Positions 54,003 to 64,000 of a DNA stretch of 64,000 nucleotides are shown here, one piece after another (position 1 is the stretch's first letter; the number at the start of each line of letters is the position of its first letter). A program made the translations under genes and the position numbers. Under the pieces are notes generated by a model. It saw nothing but the letters and a program-made list of their open reading frames with translations, made no database searches and had not been told where the DNA came from. The stretch lies in the NCBI GenBank assembly GCA_030141605.1, contig JAQGDQ010000197.1:248001-312000 (forward strand), written 5' to 3'. The stretch is from Tubiluchus corallicola (Eukaryota > Animalia > Priapulida).

Positions 54003-55011
54003 GTTATCAAATTCATAAAGCACTTACATAGTTAATCAAATTCATAAATAATCCATCAAATTCATTAATTACTTAAATAATTAATCAAATTTACACGGAC
54101 ATTGTGATAATATCACCAACGACAACGACAATGACAGCGACGATGATAACGACAAAAACAATAGCAGCATTTCAGTGAGTTCTGCCACGACCACAATAGC
54201 CTTTTTCAGCTTTAAACTCAGTAAACTGTGTCGTGCAGTGCTGCAATGCACTGTATAATGTTACATATTTTATTTATTTTTCTGCTTAGTTAATTTACCC
54301 ATAAATACAGCTTACAAAATTACAAATGTACATCAAAAAAGACGAAAAGGAACGGTAACGTATAGCATGAAAATGGCTGGTTTTTAATAGATGCTATACA
54401 AGAAATAAAAAGTACTGTGAAAATATATGCAATATTCAAGTACAGTGTGGATTAACCAAAAGCTTAAACAGAATAGTCTACTACATATGACTCTTATAAA
54501 ATCAACAATTGTGTGCAAGCATCCATTTGAACTGTGAATTTTTAAGTCTGCCAGACATAAGAGTCATTCACACACAATGTAAGCAATGCAGTATTTAATT
54601 CTGTGTAAGAATAGATTCAAACGGAGTCTGTTTTATTGTACATGCATCAGAGTCTAAAAGGCAACCTGGCGACCAGAAATCAGCAGTTCAAAGTGGGAAT
54701 AATTCATTGGTTCTACTTATCAACTTAGAAAACACCAAGCTTGCAATTCTTGATATAGATATCCCAAATTTGAAGGGTCAGTCTCAAATTTATTTAATGG
54801 AATTTATTTATCTGATGCATGACGCCACATCTTTCTATAATGGAGTAGAGTCGATTCGTTTATCTGATAATCCAAAAGTGTCGCTCATGTGTGACGAAAA
54901 CTGTCCCGTTGGTTTAATTGGTTCTCAAGAAATGCATATCTAATTCCATAAAGAATTGTTTAAATACTCGCTTTTACTCACTAAATGCATAAATGCACAA
55001 ATGGGCCTTCT

Positions 55012-55161
55012 GGGTTTGGTGGTCGAGTGGTTTAGATTTTGGACAGCCAGGCAGACTTGAGATGGAGTTTACCGGCTGCAAATACCAGGACACATATACC
55101 TTACATGTTATTAAACATGCTACAAGTCGCTAAATAATGGTTAGTGCTAACGTTGTCTGTT
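55012..55161 (+). mobile_element. tRNA-derived SINE, decayed copy
   Basis: A-box-like tggtcgagtgg; the body shares tacatgttatt, aagtcgctaaata and ctaac.ttgtctgtt with the minus-strand copy at 57841-58030. Confidence 0.62.
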
Positions 55162-55549
55162 AAATGAGCTATGGTAAATAAATCTTGCCTGAAGGAGGGG
55201 GTAGTGTAATGACTGTAAGACTCGAATGTAAAGACTGTGATGCGACATATGTGGTGTCACCAAATGCAAGCTGCAACAGCGTATAACAGCGAAAGCCAGA
55301 AGTCTGCCACAGCAGAACGTGTACTTGCTGAACGAGGGGATGATATGCACATATTTCATAAAGAGAAGAACGGCGCTAGTTAAAGGCATTCAGAATAAAA
55401 GGGAAAAAGGCAAACAGAAATGATTTCCAAATCTCAAAATAGTACCTCACAATTTGTAGCCAATGAATGGGAAAAAAGAAAAAAATGCTAGCAAAAATTA
55501 ATATTTTAAAGTAATAAATAATTTCTACATAATATATATTGATTTTTTA

Positions 55550-57297
55550 AAGCAAAACCGGGCCCAATTTTCAACTATAGATCAAAACAACCTACTCTTT
55601 AAAATATTGAAAAGGAACACAATATTTTTTCAAAAAAGACTTACGTGAAAAATTTATTACCACACAAGTACAATTTCGCATTTCCGCCACTAGTTCTTCG
55701 CTGTTACATGCATTTCGCCATTAGTTAGACGGGCTCTAGCGCCTGCATTTCGGAAAAGCATTATGCAAAAACAGGTACTGTACCTCTCAGTTAATTTTTA
55801 ATTTAAACATAATTTTATTACGCGGTTTGTACCAGAACGTTTCTACAACTTATGCGCGGGCACTCCCTGGTTAGTAAATTTAACAACTGTTTGTGGTAAT
55901 ACATAAATCTATATAAAATATTTACAAAGTTATCATAGTTACTTTGTGTGAGTAAATACAAAAACAAATGGTAAATAGTTAAATATCTAGCCTGCGCACT
56001 AGTAACCGCGTAGTAACAAATTTAAAGTATTTCTAACTGCCAAATTTCTGATGTCATTGTTGTCATATAAAGCATTAAGGCTGTTAAACATTTTATTTCT
56101 TGGTATTATGTAGTTTAAGCAATTTAGAAAAAAGTGTTCATATGTTTCAAGAGAGGCACTACAAGAACAGTAAGGTGATACTAGAGAACCATCAATATTT
56201 TTACAATTTTTAAATGAAAGGTCATAATTTAGCTGACTAAATCCTATGCGCATGCGAGTGTGGTGAACGGAACTAGGACGTTTACCGTAAAAAAATGATT
56301 TGGAGGTTTGCTAAAATCAAAAGTACTTTTTCAGTTCAAGTTTAAATTTCGATAAAGATCTTATTTCACGTATAGATATGGGAAGTTGATTCCATGAATC
56401 AATGGACGAAAGAAAGAATGATTTTTTAAAAGCCAACGTGTGAGAGAAAAAAATTCTGTAGCTTTCAGCATTGCGCATAGGATAAGCATTAAAGTTTCTA
56501 ACACGCAATGTCAACATCCTGTATAAATAAGACGAAGCTAGATTAGTAACAAATTTAAAAAACATACATAAACGATGAAATTTAAAACGTTTTTCAAACA
56601 AAATAAAACCACAATTTTTAAGTACAAGTTCTGGCGATGAACTAAGCATGGCACCTGAACAAATTCTGCCAGCACTTAACTGTACATTTTCTAGTAGTTT
56701 CAAATTGTAGTGTTGGCATGCAGACCAAATTACATTTCCATATTCAATTGCTGGTAAGATGGTGCTGTTAAAAAGTCTCTCACATGTCGCACGCGGTAAG
56801 AACTGGCTTATGTATCGTAAGTTGTTCAAACTCCGGTTTGTGTTTTCTATAATTTTCCTGACATGAGGTGTCCAGCTTAGATCACTCGCAAGCATAATGC
56901 CCAGATGCTTATGGTTTTTAATCCCTTTAATAGGGTGTTGCACATATAAAGGGGAGGAAAGTTACAAGGTGTTGCTTCACGGGAAAAGATCAAAACATAG
57001 TTTTGTGTGGATTAAACGAAACTAGCCATTGAGTAGCCCATTTGTGTATTGTTTTAAGATCAGAATTCGAACGCTGCTTACCTTTCAGTTCAGTACGTAC
57101 CTGAACGTACCTCTCAGTTCAGCTGTGTCAGTTTCTGGCGAACTACGCACGTTCGACAGCTCATGCGCGAGCACAGCGGTAAGTTTGAAATTCGAATTTT
57201 TATCTTAAAACATGCCTAGTTTTAGTACAACACACTGAATATCTTACAGTAGCACTGTACTGAAATTTTCGCTTTCGCAAACACGTGCAACACGCAG
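55550..57297 (+). repeat. Dispersed repeat family H, copy interrupted by a LINE (repeat parts 55550-55792 and 57107-57297)
   Basis: The two halves rejoin to match 44370-44800. Confidence 0.85.
55793..57106 (-). mobile_element. 5'-truncated CR1-type LINE (RT C-terminus and CCHC-like motif) with 13-bp TSD
   Basis: ORF 56317-56943 (HKHLGIML..DLSW, IEYGNVIW, LENVQ, WNQLP) and ORF 55999-56253 (RIGFSQLN, CSC..ETYEHFFLNC); TSD gtacctctcagtt at 55780-55792 and 57107-57119. Confidence 0.92.
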
Positions 57298-57840
57298 CAA
57301 CGGCAACGGTGGTAGTCGTGCCATAGTGGTCGTGATAAAATGATGCTGCCGTGCAGTGTACCAGTGTAAGTACTCTTCCTGCCATGATGGCACTGTTGTC
57401 ACGTCTTTTGCTGTTGAGGAATGAAGATTATTGTCAGTATGGTTGTGTCAGGTTGTGATCGTGGTTATTTCTACTGTTGCCGCTGCTGCTGCTGTGGAGA
57501 CTGATGGGAATTGCGGAAAATACGAATAAAGAAACTTACGTAACGTCAAGTTTTATTAGTAATCATTCAAAATTTATTCAAATCCACCTTTGACATGTGA
57601 CATCGTAGGTCTACAATGCAACTTTCATAATTTCACCGTTGTAACACAGCGCACATGACTGTAAACGATGATCTGTTAAAATCAGGTCATAAGATTACTG
57701 GATCAAACATATACCAGTCGGTTTAATTAATTACTCAATTTCAAAAAAGCAAGGAATTTTGTGGTCTTTTTAATAAAACTACGCTATGCAATTACTATGC
57801 CATAGGCTATGCCATAGGCAATATTAAATTTTATATCTGA

Positions 57841-58030
57841 AAGACAAAGACAAAACAGACAAAGTTAGTACTGACGGCTATTTAGCGACTTACTACAAGT
57901 GAGCACGCACCACACAAATAACGAATAACATGTAGATATATACATATATACTGCCTTTGGCAGCAGCTAGACTCGAACTTTAGACTGCGTAGTTGCAGTC
58001 CGAGATCTAACCCACTCGTCTACCCAACCC
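57841..58030 (-). mobile_element. tRNA-derived SINE
   Basis: Minus strand has A box TAGACGAGTGG (58012-58022), B box GTTCGAGTC (57970-57978), a GCA anticodon-like position, a non-tRNA body and a (GTCTTT)-like tail. Confidence 0.72.
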
Positions 58031-58753
58031 AACCTATGGCAGACCCTTTTCTTCCCCTATTCGTTTCAGCTGAAACAATACGTCACATCAGCTGTTTCAA
58101 CACATTTGCCTGCATTAAATCTATAAGCTTATTGGTAGTTTGAGTGGGCTTCATTTCTTGCCCTGCGCATAGGGTCTCCCTTGTCGAACATGATTAGAAA
58201 GTGGTCATTCGAGTCTGCTCTCGTGTATCCTGCTTTACAGTGTTTGTGTGTGTTGTAATAGCGTGCATATAGTCACATGCATTAATGAGTTTGTATCAGT
58301 GAAACTTAATGAATGTAAACTAAGGCAACTGTTTGTTATTGGAATGTCGACAATCGTTTATTGTCATGTGTAAATGTGTTGACCACTGATAAATTCTTGT
58401 TAAAGCCAGCTTTTCAATAAACCTCTGTTAAATGTCAAATGATCAGCATTATCGCTAAGTGGTGTTTTGGTAAAATCTGCTGTGACATTCAGTTAGCCAG
58501 TTCTACGCTGAAAAAGGATATTTCATCATTGCTTTTCCACTGCGTGCATGGTGCACTGTAGATGTCGACAAGTTTGTCGGCATGACTGTTTTCAGTTATG
58601 TTTGCGTTGTTTGCAATGTTTTGTCTTGTTTATTCTACTGCTATTAGTGCCGAGTTGCTGTTTACAGACCGACTAATGTGCTGATCCGAGGTGGCATTTT
58701 GGCGACAGCGTGTTTTCGTAACTACCGCTCTAAAGTGAATTTTATTTTTTAAC

Positions 58754-58824
58754 CGTGAGTTTGTGTTGGATTTTCGTCTGCTGGGCTGTCTCTCGATATG
58801 GTTCAATAAAAGGAAGTTTTAATA
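58754..58824 (+). repeat. Short dispersed repeat, probable retroelement 3' end, copy 1
   Basis: cgtgagtttg..ttcgtctgctgggc..tctctcg.tatggttcaataaaaggaagtt.taata recurs at 63671-63748. Confidence 0.8.
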
Positions 58825-59554
58825 GTGTTGGGATTTGCACGAAATCTCTCATTATAATCTACCAAAGTTTTTTCTATTGAGTTTTCAATCAACGTTGTTT
58901 TTTTGCTTGTCTGTATGCCTCGCTAGAACTGTCGAATGACAACCAGTGGAAACTATTTTAATATACCCCCTCCCAACAAAACCACCACCACCAACAACAA
59001 CGCTAAACGGTATGCAACTCATAGCTTCTACTAATATGATATTTACAATCTCTTTATGGTTCTCCTAATCTATTGGTCAGTGCAAAAGAAAAACCTTTAG
59101 TAAAGCTTCTTCCACAATCGCTCAATTTATCATTAGTGAGAAATGTCACACTGGTAATAATTTTTTAAAATGCTCCCTTCTAGATACTATTCATTTAACG
59201 CCAACAGACATGAACTTTAAATTCTTTCTATCCTATTGCAGTTCCCACTATCAACAGCAAATTTCAGTAAATTTGCAAAATTCTCTATATCACTGTATGT
59301 AGCTTATTAGCACTTCTGTAACGACTGATTGAATTTATTTAAGTTAATTTTCTTTTGTTCTAGTACGTAAACCCACACAAATTATATTGTGTTATAATAT
59401 AATGATAATAAATTGCTTACTTCCTTATTTACAATAGCAAACTTTCAAACAGGTTATGCTGTTAAAATATGGTTTTAGAGCGCCAAGTCGATCGGACGAG
59501 CAGGCCACTAAACGTCGTCCATCAAGACCATCAGGCAACTAAGTTATAATCTAA

Positions 59555-60030
59555 GAAAGTCAACTAAGCGACTGAAACAGAAGATCGACCAGCAAGTCGA
59601 CAAAATGGGGCGATCAAAACGTTAATTTTTTAATACCGCTTGAAAATGTTTTTTTAAGATTCTTTTTATAATTTATTTCTCTACTGATTCTATAAGTCTA
59701 CATATTTTTAACTGATATATGATACAATTACGAAATCCCTGACGTGTACTGCGTAGATGTGATTTTTTTGCGCCTTGTTGCAACTTTCTTTATGTCACAT
59801 ATAAACTTTTAGGAGAGTCAAATCACTGCAGCATTGGGTCTGACACGGAAAAGATCAAATTAGATGTGGGCTTTCGTCGGGTCCTGGACGTTTTAGTAGC
59901 TCAAAAGTGTTAAATCTGTTAACTAGATTATGACTGTGAATGCCAGAATGTGAGCGTTAAAATTGATCATTCGCCTTGCCGGCCTTTCTGGTCGAATATT
60001 ATTGGTCGGTCTTGCGTAGTTGCTCAGTCA
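59555..60030. mobile_element. Possible decayed MITE (imperfect long inverted repeats)
   Basis: caacta..gac..tcgaccag.aag..gatcaa at ~59560-59617 mirrors ~59963-60023; termini and TSD unclear. Confidence 0.35.
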
Positions 60031-63000
60031 GAAAAAGGCGTTAAAACAGCATTTTTCTGTTTATGATCCAAGCAGGACATTTGCCATTTTGTTGGATTTT
60101 TTTATTAAATGATAAATGATACGATAAATCTTTACTTAAAGTCGGTATGCATGTACAAATAAAAACACTAGCAGCTTTTGGACCTACTAGGTCCAAAATT
60201 GCACCTGTTCTTGTCATTACGCGTTTGTGTCAGGTCTGAGCATTATCACCGCACAAAATTGTAGGTATACCCTACAATTTTAAAATAACATATCCAAAAT
60301 TGTAAGTGATGTAGCAAAGTGTGCGCTTTGCAACCGAAAAAGTATGTCCACATCGCTGACCTGCCTTTTGTAATAAAAGTCAGTTACTTTCAAAAGTCGT
60401 GAGCGATTGTGGTTCTTATGACGGAACAGGTCCGCCAATAGATGGCCAAAAAGTGGAACAGTTGAATTCACTAGTTTTGCGTAGCTTGGGTTTCAGGAAA
60501 TCAGATTACACTTAAACATACCTATTTCTTAATTGCAATTAATTAATAGTAACCCATTTACCTGAAAAACGGAAATATACGCCATGTAACATTTATAAAG
60601 GAAATTAAATTCCTCTATAACGCCAACAGACACTAAAGTTTTTTAACGCATTATTACGATTACACAAAGAATTAATATTCGTAATGAGAGTAGGAGTTTA
60701 AGCTGTAAAAACTTCTATTGTAGTGAGGGTTTAGTTTAACTTTAAGACTTTAGTGGGAAACCAGCCGGCAAATTCCCCCACGCCTTTAGTTTTGTGGCTT
60801 CGCGATGGTTTCTAGGCTCAAATGTTGGTTTTTGCTATGCTTTTTTTAGATAGTTGTATTTACACTTACAGTAACCCAAATTTACTATAAATGTGTGGAG
60901 ACTGAATGTTAATTAAAAACGAGAAACTGTAAGTCTGCAACTCGGTTATCGTCTGGTTTGGATGAACTTTATCTAGCATAGCAGTTACTGGATGATGTGT
61001 TGTATGCAGAATCTCCGATGCTGGTGACTTATTAGCTGCAGTAAGATAATGTGATCCTTTTACAGAACACAGCTAATATTACCGGCACATTGTCTCATAC
61101 GTATTGCCTGGGGAATGTAATAAAATAGATTTCGTAAGCTGATTCATCATGTATGCTTGATGCAAGTGGATCCTTTTAACACCTGACCCCCTAACTCTTC
61201 AACTGAATATCATAAAAATATTAATAGACATACATCCTTTCGAGGATTCGTTCATATCTGTTCAGAAACTTGCAGTTGAAACGTAGAATAAAAAATAGAT
61301 TTGATGGCCATCTTTTCTAAAAATAGTATCATACATCTTTAAATATTCACAATTCTTCATATAATCCACGCTTTAGATAAAACTAGGCAGGTTTCAGGAT
61401 TTCTTGAAAACTGTTTTCCTTTGGGGAAACTTTTGGTGGGGGAATTTTTGAAAGTCTAACAGCATTTCATTTCCCATTTACTGGGGCCGTTTCTTTTTAA
61501 TACTTTTTTCTTGGTTCCTTGTTGGTTTTCTGTGCAAATCTTTGTTGTAAATTGGCCACTTAATGAACATCAGATTGTTAAACGCAAGATTACTGCAAAT
61601 ACTACAATGGGAGAATTCCTTAAATCCACTCATACAGTAAGTACTAAGTCTTCCTATCATCTGATACAGGTAAAACTGGTTACCAGACTGAGCAAACGAA
61701 ACCAATTTTTTAAGCCTTGGGCTCCCGGACTAATTAGCATTATAAAATTGCTTCAGTAGCGAGTAACTCAGACACTGTTGCAGAAGGACATTATAGTCTT
61801 CTATCGTACTTGGTGATTTTGGTTGTGGTTCTTCTATTGATCATTTTCATTTTCTTTCTTTTCTGAACTCATAAAGGCAAATTAAAACTATAGAATTAAT
61901 GTGTCATTATAGCTTCGTTGAACGTACGTGGAATTAAGGAATTTTTTTAACCATTAAAGATCTTCACTGGACCCTCACACTCGTGAACTGTGTGTGATGG
62001 TGACTTTTCGACCTGTTTGCCTACTTTGCTCATCTTACTTTGCTCCATCATGGTGTACCTCTATAACAAATGCAACGGTGTTAGTTTGGGTGTTTAATCC
62101 TTCGTAACTGAAACGCTGACATCATGTGACAACTAGTGACTAGTATGACCATTTGATTATAACATTACCAACCTAGATCTTAATAACATGCAAACAGGTT
62201 GCCCTGCTGTCACGCACACCAGCATTAGCGTGTATTTATCGTCTGCTTGGCCGGAAAATTCGAAACGGAAGCCGAGGCGGAAAGGGCTAGCAATTTGTTA
62301 GTAGAGAAATTGCACAAATTGCTAGGGAGTCATCAATACTAGTATTTGTTAGTCTTTCGACTGATGGTAGTTATCATACAGCAAGATAAGTTACCGAAAC
62401 TACAACTAATCGCTATTGAATGAGCGACTTTGTATAGGGGCAGTTTTTGGAGCTAATGTTGGTTGCTGTCGAATATTCGTTTCTTGGAATAGCTGAAATA
62501 CTCGTTCTAAAGATGCATTCTATTAAAAGAAAAAATATATTCTCATATGACAACTAATAGGTCTACTTACGGCAGATGTGTATTTTTACAGTTATCTAAG
62601 AGGTTGTTTGCTTTGATGGAACAGTGTTGTTTAATTTCGACTTCAGGTCAGAATTGTGATGAATCATGCACAGTTGCGTAATACACGGACGAATCACAAG
62701 TGAAAAACCTGCAAAAATTCTTCAAGTCTATCAAGGACTTGCCTGCATTTGGTGAACTGAAACAACCAATTTAAGGCCATTTAAACTCAGTAGTGCTCAG
62801 CCACTTAGCGAGGCTAACTGTAACTGATTGTGCGGTTTTTTTGTACAACTTCTTTTACAAATTCTTCACAAAAATATATAAATTCGTGCGCGTCTGTTAC
62901 GCTAGCGATCAAAATGGCAAAGGTTATATTAATTTTAATTGATAGACAAATTATTCAAAGGAGGGAAAATATATGCGGGCGAAAACATTAACTGAAAGAT

Positions 63001-63670
63001 ATCACTTTATTGATTCAAACAGGCATCAGCAACTAAAATGTTTGGGGTTTAACTGGAAGCTCTAGTAGTAATAATATGTTTATTGACAATTGCATGTCTA
63101 AGCAATTATACAAAGTTACAATAGAGTTGCAGGATGACAGTATAAATAAAAGTACATATACATTTCATAGTGGAATTAAAACAGGTCAAAACGTTTTTTA
63201 CAATACTAGTTAGATCTACAGGATTGCTAGTAGCACGCAAGGTTGTAACATTAGTAAAAATTAAGCAGTTTGAATATGCCTATCTGAGACGCGCTGTTTT
63301 TTCGACCGTTTACACAGTGTATGTTTTCCCGTCTAAATCTAACTAGCTTGTGTCACACGTACATAGGCGATGTTGTCGGGGAAAATTCTACTCCACCGCA
63401 CTCTTTCGATCATAAGATTGTGCGATGAGATTCTACCTGGCGCTTCAATAAGCAAAATGTCATTGGGTTGTTCCGTTACATTGCTGTCTTCGCAAACGGC
63501 AGCACAATTGGCTGTTGGAGTGCCATAACTTACTGAAACATGATAATTGCCAGTGATTTTTGAGCAATAACACTAATTAATTCTTAATTACAAGAACAGT
63601 AATAATGAATTAAGAAAAATCTACAGATAAAAAGTATGGCAATCTCCTATTCTTAACTTATTCTCGTAAT

Positions 63671-63748
63671 CGTGAGTTTGCAGTGGTCTTCGTCTGCTGG
63701 GCCGCTTTCCCATCTCTCGTTATGGTTCAATAAAAGGAAGTTCTAATA
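63671..63748 (+). repeat. Short dispersed repeat, probable retroelement 3' end, copy 2
   Basis: Matches 58754-58824 and contains AATAAA. Confidence 0.8.
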
Positions 63749-64000
63749 CAGTGAGATTATATAAATTACCATAAACTTATGCAATGTGCAAGTAAATACA
63801 GATCTGTAAAGCAATTAGCCATTTGTGTAGCAGAAAAGAAGTTTTATTCATGAAATTGTTGTTACAGCAACCACTTGTCGGTGCATTCAAAAATGGGCTA
63901 GATAAAGTTTGAATCAAGTCATCATTTATCCTCAGTTGACAGTCTTTTTGAATTAGTTTACTGCTGCTACGCCTTCGTGGAGTATAACGATCCTGTTCCG

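Noticed and set aside
57955-58030. Functional tRNA-Cys gene
   Set aside because: Acceptor and anticodon stems pair poorly, and the sequence continues into a repeat body shared with 55012-55161, so it is a SINE head.
61478-61759. Short ORFs on both strands as an exon or transposon remnant
   Set aside because: No motif recognised.

Overview
AT-rich, intron/intergenic-type animal (invertebrate-like) genomic DNA; no prokaryotic operon, CRISPR array, rRNA or genuine tRNA is visible. The only well-supported protein gene is an intronless class A (rhodopsin-like) GPCR (5866-6834, +). It lies in the second unit of a ~4.5 kb head-to-tail tandem duplication whose first unit carries a frameshifted paralogue (1174-2133). 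The rest of the window is mostly decayed mobile DNA: three RTE-clade LINE pieces, three CR1/L2-type LINE copies, a TTAA-targeting Kolobok/T2-like MITE family (five copies), two hAT MITEs (one nested in the TIR of a Tc1/mariner-like MITE), two tRNA-derived SINE copies, a Penelope-like insertion with a degenerate hammerhead motif, unclassified dispersed repeats and many microsatellites. I did not find a convincing previously undescribed biological system. The best second-look items are the mosaic (conversion-like) divergence of the GPCR pair and its missing TM3 cysteine, a 31-bp phased array with palindromic junctions at 52.4-52.7 kb, the hammerhead relics, and insertion junctions that record repair mechanisms. 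Alignments were done by eye, so boundaries of decayed elements are approximate.
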